Positions 18,241 through 27,375 of a DNA stretch of 32,313 nt are shown here, in pieces; position 1 is the stretch's first letter; every line of letters begins with the position of its first letter. Under the pieces are notes generated by a model. It had not been told where the DNA came from. It searched no databases and worked only from the letters and a program-made list of their open reading frames with translations. Position numbers and translations under genes: made by a program. The stretch is taken from contig JAOTTU010000003.1 in the NCBI GenBank assembly GCA_029864225.1, positions 1 through 32,313 of the forward strand. Reading direction: 5' to 3'. The DNA is from Gammaproteobacteria bacterium (GTDB lineage: Bacteria > Pseudomonadota > Gammaproteobacteria > UBA9214).

Positions 18241-20127
18241 CTAGATATCCGCCAGATCGCCCTTGGACTCCAGCCAGCTGCGGCGGTCGGCAGACCGCTT
18301 GCGGGCCAGCAGCATGTCCATCAGCTTGTGCGTGCCGTCGTCGGAGTCGATGGTCAACTGCGCCAGGCGTCGTGTTTCCGGTGCAATCGTGGTCTCGCGC
18401 AGCTGCAGCGGGTTCATCTCGCCCAGCCCCTTGAAGCGCTGCACCATAACCTTGCCCTTGAGCTTCTCGGCCGTGATCCGGTCCAGCACCCCCTGTTTCT
18501 CCGCATCATCCAGGGCATAGAAGACCTCCTTGCCGGCATCGATCCGGTATAGCGGCGGCATAGCGACATAGACGTGGCCGGCCTCGACCAGGGGACGGAA
18601 ATGGCGCAGGAACAGCGCGCACAGCAGGGTTGCGATATGCGCACCATCGGAATCCGCATCTGCCAGAATGCAGATCCTGTTGTAGCGCAGGTTTTTCATG
18701 CCATTGGATCCGGGTTCCACCCCGATGGCCACGGAGATATCGTGCACCTCCTGGGAGGCCAGCACCTCGGTGGAATCGACTTCCCAGGTGTTGAGGATCT
18801 TGCCGCGCAGCGGCATGATGGCCTGGAACTCGCGGTCGCGCGCCTGTTTCGCCGAACCGCCGGCCGAATCGCCCTCGACCAGGAACAGCTCGGTACGCTC
18901 GTTGTCGGTAGATGCGCAATCCGCCAGCTTGCCGGGCAGGGCGGGACCGGAGGTCACCCGCTTGCGCACCACCTTCTTGCCGGCGCGCTGCCGCTTCTGG
19001 GCATTCTCGATCGCCAGCCAGGCAATCCCCTCGCCGGCCTCGGTGTGATGGTTGAGCCACAGGCTGAAGGCATCCTTGACCACGCCGGAGACGAAGGACG
19101 CACACTCGCGTGATGACAGACGCTCCTTGGTCTGACCGCTGAACTGCGGGTCGATCAGTTTCACGGAGAGGATATAGCTGCAGCGGTCCCACACGTCTTC
19201 CGGGGCGAGCTTCACGCCGCGCGGCAGCAGATTGCGGAACTCGCAGAATTCACGCACCGCCTCGGTCAGGCCCATGCGCAGGCCGTTGACATGCGTGCCG
19301 CCCTGCATCGTTGGAATGAGATTGACGTAACTCTCGGCCACGGGGTCTCCCTCACCAGGCAGCCACACCAGCGCCCACTCGGCCGCCTCCTGGTTACCCT
19401 CCATGTTACCGGTGAAGGGTTCCTCCGGCAGGCACGGGACCCCGCCCAGCTCCCCCATCAGGTAGGCGCGCACACCGTCCTCGTAATGCCATTCCAGCTT
19501 CTCGCCGCTGGCCTCGTCATACAGGGAGACCTGCAGACCCGGGCACAGCACCGCCTTGGCGCGCAACACGTGTTTCAGGCGCGCCAGGGAGAACTTGTCG
19601 GAATCGAAGTATTTCGGGTCGGGCCAGAAGCGCAGCGTGGTGCCGGTGTTCTGCTTGCCCACCTTGCCGATCTCTTCCAGCTCGGAGATCCTTTCCCCAC
19701 CGGCAAAGGCCATGTTGTATTCCTTGCCGCCGCGCCGTATCCAGACCTCGAGGTGTTTCGACAGCGCATTGACAACAGAGACACCGACGCCGTGCAGACC
19801 GCCGGAAAAGATGTAGTTCCTGGCCGAGAACTTGCCACCGGCATGCAGTCGCGTCAGGATGACCTCGACACCGGGGATGCCCTCCTCCGGGTGCAGATCC
19901 ACCGGCATCCCGCGGCCGTTGTCACGGACCTCAAGCGATCCGTCCTTGAACAGGGCCACGTCGATCCGCGATGCGTGACCGGCGATAGCCTCATCGACAC
20001 TGTTGTCGATGACTTCCTGGGCAAGATGATTGGGACGCGTCGTGTCGGTGTACATACCGGGGCGCTTGCGCACCGGTTCAAGGCCGCTGAGTATCTCGAT
20101 CGCAGCGGCGTCATAGGCCGTACTCAT
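18241..20127 (-). CDS. parE: DNA topoisomerase IV subunit B
   Basis: EVIDNSVDE, GGLHGVGVSVVNALS, EGDSAGG, PLRGKILN, DADSDG; 628 aa. Confidence 0.97.
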   Translation of the reverse strand: MSTAYDAAAIEILSGLEPVRKRPGMYTDTTRPNHLAQEVIDNSVDEAIAGHASRIDVALFKDGSLEVRDNGRGMPVDLHPEEGIPGVEVILTRLHAGGKFSARNYIFSGGLHGVGVSVVNALSKHLEVWIRRGGKEYNMAFAGGERISELEEIGKVGKQNTGTTLRFWPDPKYFDSDKFSLARLKHVLRAKAVLCPGLQVSLYDEASGEKLEWHYEDGVRAYLMGELGGVPCLPEEPFTGNMEGNQEAAEWALVWLPGEGDPVAESYVNLIPTMQGGTHVNGLRMGLTEAVREFCEFRNLLPRGVKLAPEDVWDRCSYILSVKLIDPQFSGQTKERLSSRECASFVSGVVKDAFSLWLNHHTEAGEGIAWLAIENAQKRQRAGKKVVRKRVTSGPALPGKLADCASTDNERTELFLVEGDSAGGSAKQARDREFQAIMPLRGKILNTWEVDSTEVLASQEVHDISVAIGVEPGSNGMKNLRYNRICILADADSDGAHIATLLCALFLRHFRPLVEAGHVYVAMPPLYRIDAGKEVFYALDDAEKQGVLDRITAEKLKGKVMVQRFKGLGEMNPLQLRETTIAPETRRLAQLTIDSDDGTHKLMDMLLARKRSADRRSWLESKGDLADI

Positions 20128-20160
20128 GATAAAAACCCGTGGGTGAGATTCAGGGAAAGG

Positions 20161-20724
20161 CTATTCATCCACGACCCCTCCCCTGGAGTAACGCAGCCTG
20201 CGGAGGATTTCGTCACGCTTCAAGCTGTCGCTGGTCGTGTCGCACAGGTAGTACCGGTACAGCTCGTAACGGTAGCGGCCCATGCCGGATTCCATGATGC
20301 GCTCCCAGGGGGCCTCAGCCAGTGCTTGCCAGCCACCATTGGCCCCGTAGGCATAGCGGCGATACTTGCGGGTAGTGCAGCGCAGGCCTTCATAGGCGAC
20401 GTTCCTTGCCCCCGTCGCAGAGACGATCACGACGGCATAGCGCACCACGCGATCAGCGCCAACGGAAAGCGACTCGGGGTCGATATAGACAAGGTAGGGA
20501 TAGTTGCCGGTTGTAACCGCCACCTCGAGCAGGCGGCCCGCTTCAGGATACACCGGCAGGTCCGCCAGCTGCTCACGCCAGGGCGCCGACGGTATGAAGC
20601 TATCGGATCTCCAGCCGGAATCGTCATCGGCCAGTGAAACCAGCGCATGCAGCACAAGCAGTGTAAGCAACAGCGCTGGCAAGCAATAACTGCAGGAGAA
20701 TCCTGTTTGTGGGCAAGCTCTCAT
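20161..20724 (-). CDS. CNP1-like family exported protein
   Basis: Hydrophobic N-terminus; WREQ...LP.YP, IDPESLSVGADRVVRY, GARNVAYEGLRC..YRRYAYG; start uncertain. Confidence 0.75.
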   Translation of the reverse strand: MRACPQTGFSCSYCLPALLLTLLVLHALVSLADDDSGWRSDSFIPSAPWREQLADLPVYPEAGRLLEVAVTTGNYPYLVYIDPESLSVGADRVVRYAVVIVSATGARNVAYEGLRCTTRKYRRYAYGANGGWQALAEAPWERIMESGMGRYRYELYRYYLCDTTSDSLKRDEILRRLRYSRGGVVDE

Positions 20725-20815
20725 GGGGAGCGCAGTTTAACGCGCCGCCCGCCGCATTTCGAGCCTGTGTTCAGCACCGTTCATGACTGCACAACCATCC
20801 GCTGGTGCAGTCCGG

Positions 20816-21400
20816 TCACGCCAGGTCGGCAACCAGGGACTCGCGGATATTGTCGCCCACTGGTCCTACCCGGTGGGTGTAATTCTCGTGGTCAATGCCG
20901 ACGTTGATGGCCGCCCCGTTCCTGACAGCCTCGACCATTGCCGGCGTCAGTTCAAAGCGCAGAAAGTGTACGGACGAGGTCTTTTCCTCCGTGTCCCGTT
21001 CCAGATCCTCGTCGGCGATCGCGTAGACCGGCTCATGACCGGCCACGCTCACCCAGACCCGGTCCTCTACCCCGATCAGCCTGGCCAGCAACTGGCGGCG
21101 CCGGTCGACATCGGGTTCCTCGATCATGAAGGTCGCCTTCCAGTTGGAGCCGTCGGGTATCAACGGGTTGTAGACCTCCAGCTCTTCCTCAATACCGGCC
21201 GCTTCGAAGATCCGCTCGACCCGCAGCATCTCCTGGATCTGATACTGAATGGTCTGGCGGTCTTCGAAATAGAGGGTCGCCACCGGCCCGACCCGGATGT
21301 TGCGGTCCTTCTTGTGTGCAATGGTCCGGGCACGGAACTCGGGGCGGACCTCGGCATACTGCTCCAGGCTGTAAAGGTCACTGCGCGTCAGTTTGTCCAT
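20816..21400 (-). CDS. DUF3501 family protein
   Basis: FEDRQTIQYQIQEMLRVE, YNPLIPDG, KTSSVHFLRF; follows rubrerythrin and the Fe-S oxidoreductase. Confidence 0.88.
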   Translation of the reverse strand: MDKLTRSDLYSLEQYAEVRPEFRARTIAHKKDRNIRVGPVATLYFEDRQTIQYQIQEMLRVERIFEAAGIEEELEVYNPLIPDGSNWKATFMIEEPDVDRRRQLLARLIGVEDRVWVSVAGHEPVYAIADEDLERDTEEKTSSVHFLRFELTPAMVEAVRNGAAINVGIDHENYTHRVGPVGDNIRESLVADLA

Positions 21401-21419
21401 GATTTCACCTGTTCTAGGG

Positions 21420-22766
21420 CTAAATACCGTAGGCCCGACGCACCAACGACAGCGGATGCACGGGCGCCTGCCCGTCCTTCAGCCCGTTCTCGATCTGGTG
21501 ACCGGCCATGGGGCAGTCGCTGCTGTAGTAGTCCGCCTCGGCGCGCTCCACGCGGTTCACGACCGGGCGGCAGATCTTCATGGAGGTTTCGTGGAACTCC
21601 TGCTTGACGGCATAGGTCCCGTCATGTCCGGAACAGCGCTCTATAGGTTCGACGTTGGTATCCGGCACCAGCTGCAGGAGATCACGGGTCTTCATGCCGA
21701 TGTTCTGTACCCGCAGGTGACAGGCCACGTGGTAGGCGATCTTACCCAGTGGATGCTTGAAGTCGGTGTTCAGCTTGCCGAATTTGTGGCGCAGCATCAG
21801 GTATTCGAACGGGTCGAAGATGGCGTCCCTGACCTTGATCACGTCCGGGTCGGCCGGAAACATCAGCGGCAGCTCCTGCTTGAACATCAGCACACAGGAA
21901 GGTACCGGCGCCACGATATCCCAGCCGTCGTTGACCAGCGCCAGCAGCGCAGGAATATTCGCCTCCTTGGCGGCCTTGACGGACTCGAGGTCACCCAACT
22001 CCAGCTTGGGCATACCACAGCACTGTTCCTTGTCGACCAGGGTGACGGGAATATTGTTGTGTTGCATGACGGCAATCAGGTCCTGGCCGATCTGCGGTTC
22101 GTTGTAGTTGCCATAACAGGTAGCGAACACGGCCACCCTGCCCTGTGTCGGACCGGCCGGTTCGGCCGCTGCACCGGCGGTGTTCAGCCTACCCGCTGAC
22201 TTGCGCAGGGTCTTGCTGTGGTACTCCGGCAGGATGGCATCGGGGTGTACACCCAGGGTCTTTTGCAGCAGCTTGCGGCCGGCCTTCGAGCGGTTGCCCG
22301 CATTGACAGCCCGGGTCACGATCGGGATTCCGGCAAGCTTGCCGACCGTATCGGTCGAGGTCAGCAGCCGGTCACGCAGGCGCGGCCTGGCCTGTTTGAA
22401 CTTCACCGCCTTGGCGCGCAGCATGAGGTGCGGGAAGTCCACGTTCCACTCGTGCGGCGGCACATAAGGACACTTGGTCATGTAACACATATCGCACAGG
22501 TAGCAGTGGTCCACCACCTCCCAGTAGACCTCGCGTGCGACACCGTCCAGTTCCATGGTTTCCGATTCATCGATGGCATCGAACAGGGTCGGAAACGCAT
22601 TGCACAGACTGAAGCAGCGCCGACACCCGTGACAGATGTCGAATACCCGTTCCAGTTCCTTGAACAGGTCAGTCTCGTCGTGAAACGACGTGCTGGTCCA
22701 ATCCAGGGGATGACGTGTCGGCGCGTCCAGGTTGCCTTCGCGTGTGCCTTCGGTAGTTTGACCCAT
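21420..22766 (-). CDS. Rubrerythrin-associated Fe-S oxidoreductase (GlpC/HdrD-like, 4Fe-4S plus CCG domains)
   Basis: CHGCRRCFSLC and CYLCDMCYMTKCP cluster motifs; QCCGMP, HVACH, RCSGHDG, DCPMA. Confidence 0.88.
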   Translation of the reverse strand: MGQTTEGTREGNLDAPTRHPLDWTSTSFHDETDLFKELERVFDICHGCRRCFSLCNAFPTLFDAIDESETMELDGVAREVYWEVVDHCYLCDMCYMTKCPYVPPHEWNVDFPHLMLRAKAVKFKQARPRLRDRLLTSTDTVGKLAGIPIVTRAVNAGNRSKAGRKLLQKTLGVHPDAILPEYHSKTLRKSAGRLNTAGAAAEPAGPTQGRVAVFATCYGNYNEPQIGQDLIAVMQHNNIPVTLVDKEQCCGMPKLELGDLESVKAAKEANIPALLALVNDGWDIVAPVPSCVLMFKQELPLMFPADPDVIKVRDAIFDPFEYLMLRHKFGKLNTDFKHPLGKIAYHVACHLRVQNIGMKTRDLLQLVPDTNVEPIERCSGHDGTYAVKQEFHETSMKICRPVVNRVERAEADYYSSDCPMAGHQIENGLKDGQAPVHPLSLVRRAYGI

Positions 22767-22797
22767 AGAGGTGTTCCTTGCTGCCCTGGAAATGACA

Positions 22798-22820
22798 CGG
22801 GGCCGGTCAGACCGGCCCCG
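22798..22820. other. Perfect GC-rich intercistronic hairpin
   Basis: CGGGGCCGGT-CAG-ACCGGCCCCG, 10-bp stem; no clear U-tract on the transcribed (minus) strand. Confidence 0.7.
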
Positions 22821-22840
22821 ATGAGTGGTGGTGCTGGGGC

Positions 22841-23260
22841 CTAGTCGTCCAGTGCATCCAGCGCCTTCTGGAAACGGTTCGCATGGGAACGCTCGGCCTT
22901 GGCCAGCGTCTCGAACCAGTCGGCGATTTCATCAAAACCCTCGTCGCGGGCGGACTTCGCCATACCCGGGTACATATCGGTGTACTCGTGAGTCTCACCG
23001 GCAATGGCCGCCTTCAGGTTGTCTCCGGTGGGACCGATGGGCAGACCGGTTGCCGGGTCACCCACCTGTTCCAGGTACTCGAGGTGGCCGTGCGCATGAC
23101 CGGTCTCACCTTCGGCCGTGGAACGGAATACCGTAGCGACGTCGTTGTAGCCTTCCACGTCCGCCTTGGCGGCAAAATAAAGATAGCGGCGGTTGGCCTG
23201 TGATTCGCCGGAAAAGGCATCTTTCAGGTTTTGTTCCGTAGAACTGCCTTTCAATTCCAT
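22841..23260 (-). CDS. rbr: Short rubrerythrin (ferritin-like di-iron domain, no rubredoxin domain)
   Basis: [40 protein letters not shown]; 139 aa. Confidence 0.93.
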   Translation of the reverse strand: MELKGSSTEQNLKDAFSGESQANRRYLYFAAKADVEGYNDVATVFRSTAEGETGHAHGHLEYLEQVGDPATGLPIGPTGDNLKAAIAGETHEYTDMYPGMAKSARDEGFDEIADWFETLAKAERSHANRFQKALDALDD

Positions 23261-23315
23261 AGTATTTTCCTCATGGTTTGTTATTGAATTCGGAGGCCGT
23301 AGCCCACGCCCTGAT

Positions 23316-23330
23316 TTAGACTCTGTCTAA
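23316..23330. promoter_or_regulatory. Palindromic operator candidate upstream of rbr
   Basis: TTAGAC-TCT-GTCTAA, perfect 6-3-6 inverted repeat just downstream of the predicted rbr -10. Confidence 0.6.
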
Positions 23331-23337
23331 TGTAAGG

Positions 23338-23366
23338 AAAGTAGCCCAGCAACCTGTGGGTGTCAA
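23338..23366 (-). promoter_or_regulatory. Sigma70-type promoter for the rbr operon
   Basis: Minus strand TTGACA (23366-23361), 17 nt, TACTTT (23343-23338). Confidence 0.65.
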
Positions 23367-23403
23367 GTTCGTGCGCGCCTTTTCCTTGTAAACAGTGGCT
23401 TAA

Positions 23404-23433
23404 TTGACCCTCGTTACCTAGCTGGGGTAACGT
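23404..23433 (+). promoter_or_regulatory. Possible sigma70 promoter for xseB-ispA
   Basis: TTGACC, 18 nt, TAACGT. Confidence 0.4.
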
Positions 23434-23461
23434 AAGCGGATTGCATCAAAGTTTCAAGTTA

Positions 23462-23704
23462 ATGGCAAAAAAACGACAGGAAACACCGCTGTTTGAGAAA
23501 TCCCTGCAGGAACTCGAGGCCCTGGTGGAAAAGATGGAGCAAGGGGACCTGAGCCTGGAGGAATCGCTGCAGCATTTCGAACGGGGCGTCCAGCTGACGC
23601 GCGCCTGCCAGCAGGCCCTGAAAGAGGCCGAACAGAAGGTTGAGACCCTGTTGAAAAAAAACGGCCAGGAAGAAATCATACCGTTCGACAGTGAAGACAC
23701 CTGA
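23462..23704 (+). CDS. xseB: Exodeoxyribonuclease VII small subunit
   Basis: FEKSLQELEALVEKMEQGDLSLEESLQHFERGVQLTRACQQALKEAEQKV; ATG 23462 preferred over TTG 23441. Confidence 0.96.
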   Translation: MAKKRQETPLFEKSLQELEALVEKMEQGDLSLEESLQHFERGVQLTRACQQALKEAEQKVETLLKKNGQEEIIPFDSEDT

Positions 23705-24593
23705 TCCGCCGCTGCAAACCTTCATGGCGAGGTGCCAGGCCCGTCTCGAGACAAGCCTGTCGCACTGGCTGCCGCCTGCTGAAACCCACCCCGCCGCGCT
23801 GCACGCGGCCATGCGCTATGCGGTACTCGGCGGTGGCAAGCGCATCCGTCCCACCCTCGTCTATGCCAGCGGCCAGGCGGTCGGCAGCGATTGGGAACAG
23901 CTGGACGCACCGGCCTGCGCGGTCGAGTTCATTCACGCCTATTCACTGGTGCACGATGACCTGCCCGCGATGGATGACGACGACCTGCGCCGGGGGAAGC
24001 CCAGCTGCCACAAGGCCTTTGGCGAGGCCGAGGCCATCCTGGCCGGCGACGCCCTGCAGACATTGGGCTTCTATGTGCTCACACACGATAAATCAGCCTG
24101 TGACAGCGTCACCCGACTGCGCATGATCGAGGCCATCGCCCTGGCAGCTGGCTCGCGCGGGATGGTAGGCGGCCAAATGATTGACCTGGCCGCAGCCGGG
24201 CGCCAGCTCGATATTGCCGAACTCGAGGACATGCACATCCACAAGACCGGGGCGCTGATCCGCGCCAGCGTGGTGCTGGGCGCCCTCACCCGCCCGGGAC
24301 TCGCTGCAGAGACCCTGGAAAGGCTCGACCACTATGCCAAGTGCATCGGGCTTGCCTTCCAGATCCGCGACGATATCCTCGATGTCGAGGGAGAGACCGA
24401 CATCCTCGGCAAGCGCTCCGGGGCCGACCTGTCGCTCCATAAGTCGACCTACGCGGCGTTGATCGGGCTCGATGACGCCAAGCAGCGTGCCAAGGAACTC
24501 CATGAAGAGGCCATGGACAGCCTGTCAGGGCTCGATGGAAAGGCCGATCCACTGCGCTGGATTTCACTCTATATAATTGAAAGAGATAGATAA
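23691..24593 (+). CDS. ispA: Farnesyl diphosphate synthase
   Basis: GGKRIRP, LVHDDLPAMDDDDLRRG, HKTGALI, FQIRDDILD; overlaps xseB. Confidence 0.95.
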   Translation: MKTPDPPLQTFMARCQARLETSLSHWLPPAETHPAALHAAMRYAVLGGGKRIRPTLVYASGQAVGSDWEQLDAPACAVEFIHAYSLVHDDLPAMDDDDLRRGKPSCHKAFGEAEAILAGDALQTLGFYVLTHDKSACDSVTRLRMIEAIALAAGSRGMVGGQMIDLAAAGRQLDIAELEDMHIHKTGALIRASVVLGALTRPGLAAETLERLDHYAKCIGLAFQIRDDILDVEGETDILGKRSGADLSLHKSTYAALIGLDDAKQRAKELHEEAMDSLSGLDGKADPLRWISLYIIERDR

Positions 24594-24619
24594 TACTACC
24601 AAACCCTGCGGCCGCGCGA

Positions 24620-24648
24620 TTGCCAAGCAGCGTCTGCAGGGGTAATAT
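24620..24648 (+). promoter_or_regulatory. Possible sigma70 promoter upstream of folE2
   Basis: TTGCCA, 17 nt, TAATAT. Confidence 0.45.
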
Positions 24649-24806
24649 CTGACCATATTACTCAGGAATTCAGGGCGGCTGTCCCAGAACTACCCCTTTA
24701 TGCATGTTCCCTCAGCCATCCCGGATGGTTACCCTTGCGCGCCTGCTGAAGCTATCCCCAAGGCAGACAGCCGAAACCGTTTCAAGACCAACCTGGACCA
24801 GAATCC

Positions 24807-25616
24807 ATGAAAGCCACTGACACGGCACAGTCAAACTTTGATCCCATCGCCGACGTTCAAAACACCGCGGACACCCGGCGCATACCGATCGACAAGGTCG
24901 GGATCAAGGACATCCGCCACCCCGTTCGGATCAAGGACCGCAACGCTGGTGAACAGCACACCATCGCGACGTTCAACATGTACGTCAACCTGCCCCACAA
25001 CTTCAAGGGCACGCACATGTCACGCTTCGTGGAGATCCTGAATCAGCACGAACGCGAAATCACGGTCGAGTCGTTCAAGGAAATGCTCCACGAGATGACT
25101 CAGCGCCTCGAGGCCGAGGCCGGTCATATCGAGATGAACTTCCACTACTTTATCAACAAGGCGGCGCCGGTGACCGGGGTCGAAAGCCTGCTGGACTACG
25201 ATGTCAGCCTGATCGGCGAGGTCAGCGACGGCAAGGCGAAGATGAACATCAAGGTCATGGTGCCAGTCACCAGCCTGTGCCCCTGCTCCAAAAAGATCTC
25301 CGATTACGGTGCCCACAACCAGCGCTCCCATGTCACGGTCAGTGCCGAGACGCATGGCTTTGTATGGATCGAGGACCTGATCGACATTGTCGAGTCGGAG
25401 GCCTCCTGTGAACTCTACGGCCTGCTCAAACGCCCGGACGAGAAGCATGTCACCGAAAAGGCCTATAACAATCCCAAATTCGTCGAAGATATGGTCCGCG
25501 ACATCGCTACCCGACTGAACAACGACGACCGGATAACGGCCTACGTCGTGGAATCGGAAAACTTCGAGTCCATCCACAACCACTCGGCCTACGCCCTGAT
25601 CGAGCACACCAAGTAA
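24807..25616 (+). CDS. folE2: GTP cyclohydrolase I type B (FolE2)
   Basis: DVQ...[45 protein letters not shown]. Confidence 0.95.
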   Translation: MKATDTAQSNFDPIADVQNTADTRRIPIDKVGIKDIRHPVRIKDRNAGEQHTIATFNMYVNLPHNFKGTHMSRFVEILNQHEREITVESFKEMLHEMTQRLEAEAGHIEMNFHYFINKAAPVTGVESLLDYDVSLIGEVSDGKAKMNIKVMVPVTSLCPCSKKISDYGAHNQRSHVTVSAETHGFVWIEDLIDIVESEASCELYGLLKRPDEKHVTEKAYNNPKFVEDMVRDIATRLNNDDRITAYVVESENFESIHNHSAYALIEHTK

Positions 25617-25729
25617 ACGGCCTGAATCCGCCGGATTACATCACACATCAGACCGCTGGTGTGACCAGCCGGCAATCCGGGTCAGTAAGGATTCGGTAAA
25701 TTACTGGACCTGACCAGCAATCGGCAGCT

Positions 25730-26386
25730 TCAGTATTTTCTCCGCAGGGTCATCAGCTGCCCGTCATTGCGCATCTCCAGGCGGCTCAGAAACGACATGC
25801 CCAGCAACACCTGCTCTGGCTGCGGGCCTTCCAGGACGACGGCACTGACATCAATCAACGCGATATCGCCCACCTTCACCGAGTCCAGCATGACGGCCCA
25901 GGCACGTTCCATGCGTGATGCCGTGGTAATCGCTGTCGGCTCCCCATCGACCCGGTAGTCGATGCCCAGGCGCCGTGCCTGGGCATCGTTCATGGCGATC
26001 TGGGTCGCACCGGTATCAACAATAAAACTGACCGGCAGGCCATTGATACTCCCGACCGTGCTGTACATGCTCATGTTATTGCGCCGGATCTGGACCTCCT
26101 GTGCAGACGGCGACTTCTTACGGGCACTGACGCGTCCGTCGAGGGTGCCCCTGACCTCCACGCCGTCCACGACCAGGACGGCTGACTCACTGTCCGCGGA
26201 GAGCAGCTTCACCCCCTCGGGACTGGTCTGTCCGACGGCCAGCATGCGCTGCTTGCCATCGATCAACACCACGACGCGCTGCTTGAACAATCCGACCACG
26301 CGCACATCCGGACCGGCGATAACGGGGAATGCCAGCCCGAGTTGGCAAATCACTAGGCCAATCACTAGAAATCTGGATAATCTCAT
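25730..26386 (-). CDS. Exported retropepsin-like (clan AA) aspartic protease, TIGR02281-type
   Basis: Signal peptide; FIVDTGAT catalytic motif; LLGMSFL. Confidence 0.88.
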   Translation of the reverse strand: MRLSRFLVIGLVICQLGLAFPVIAGPDVRVVGLFKQRVVVLIDGKQRMLAVGQTSPEGVKLLSADSESAVLVVDGVEVRGTLDGRVSARKKSPSAQEVQIRRNNMSMYSTVGSINGLPVSFIVDTGATQIAMNDAQARRLGIDYRVDGEPTAITTASRMERAWAVMLDSVKVGDIALIDVSAVVLEGPQPEQVLLGMSFLSRLEMRNDGQLMTLRRKY

Positions 26387-26423
26387 GGTCGGTATCCCTT
26401 GATATCAGCAGTGTGCATCCATT

Positions 26424-27131
26424 ATGAAACCCCTGTACCTGTTCCGCCACATCTATTGCGAAGGCCCCGGCTACTTGGCCGAGGTACTGGATCGCCTGGG
26501 GGTCCCCTACCGGCTTATCGCGATTGACCAGCATGACGCCGTGCCGCCGGATACAACGGGCTGTTCCGGTCTGGTCTTCATGGGAGGTCCGATGAGCGTC
26601 AACGACCCCCTGCCCTGGATCGGGAAGGAACTGGCGCTAATCCGCAAAGCCGCAGACCGGCAGCTGCCCATACTGGGTCATTGCCTCGGGGGTCAACTCA
26701 TCAGCAAGGCCCTGGGAGGCGAAGTCACGGCAAACCGGGTCCGCGAAATCGGCTGGCACACGGTTGCCCGGGCAGACAAACCAACGGCCGCCGACTGGCT
26801 CGATGGCCAGCCTGACGACATGGAATTGTTTCACTGGCACGGGGAGACCTTTTCCATACCCGCCGGCGCCGAGGTCATCCTGGAAAACGCACATTGCGCC
26901 CACCAGGCCTTTGCCTGCGACAACATCCTTGCCCTGCAATGCCATATCGAGATGAGCGCGCCAATGGTGCGCGAATGGGCGGCCCTGTACGAGGATGAAC
27001 TCGACGACCCCGCACCCAGTGTGCAATCTGCCGAGCAGATGACAACGGGGCTGGACGAAAAGATTGCAGCCGCACAGCAGGTGGCAGAGCGGCTGTATCA
27101 ACGCTGGCTTAGACCTTTAACCAGGACATGA
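26424..27131 (+). CDS. Stand-alone class I glutamine amidotransferase-like protein
   Basis: MGGPMS, nucleophile GHCLGGQ, HWHGETF, QCHIE (His-x-Glu). Confidence 0.88.
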   Translation: MKPLYLFRHIYCEGPGYLAEVLDRLGVPYRLIAIDQHDAVPPDTTGCSGLVFMGGPMSVNDPLPWIGKELALIRKAADRQLPILGHCLGGQLISKALGGEVTANRVREIGWHTVARADKPTAADWLDGQPDDMELFHWHGETFSIPAGAEVILENAHCAHQAFACDNILALQCHIEMSAPMVREWAALYEDELDDPAPSVQSAEQMTTGLDEKIAAAQQVAERLYQRWLRPLTRT

Positions 27132-27340
27132 CAGGCTAAAGCACGGCTCGGCACAAGCCACATAAAAGGCCGTTACTGTCAGACGGATCGGCCTCTGCAA
27201 TCAAACCGTCACCCGCGTTATCAATACCGCCAGCGCACTGCTTACGGCCTTTTTCTGATTCGCCGCTGCCGGCGTCACCACCACCCTGAAGTGAACCCCA
27301 TCCCTGACAAGGGGAGATGGATTAAGTGGGACAGCAATGG

Positions 27341-27375
27341 TACTAACCCCTTTTCCTACTGACCGCTTTTCCTAC
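27341..27375. repeat. 16-bp imperfect tandem repeat running into the pgpA stop
   Basis: TACTAACCCCTTTTCC / TACTGACCGCTTTTCC / TAC (14 of 16 identical). Confidence 0.6.

Noticed and set aside
17081-20637. Long plus-strand ORFs (380 aa, 448 aa and others) opposite parC/parE
   Set aside because: Antisense shadows of well-supported genes
25617-25729. Intrinsic terminator between convergent folE2 and protease genes
   Set aside because: Only short or bulged stems without a U-tract on either strand
25730-26386. Retropepsin-like gene as a sign of a retroelement
   Set aside because: Ordinary exported bacterial clan AA protease; no reverse transcriptase or integrase nearby
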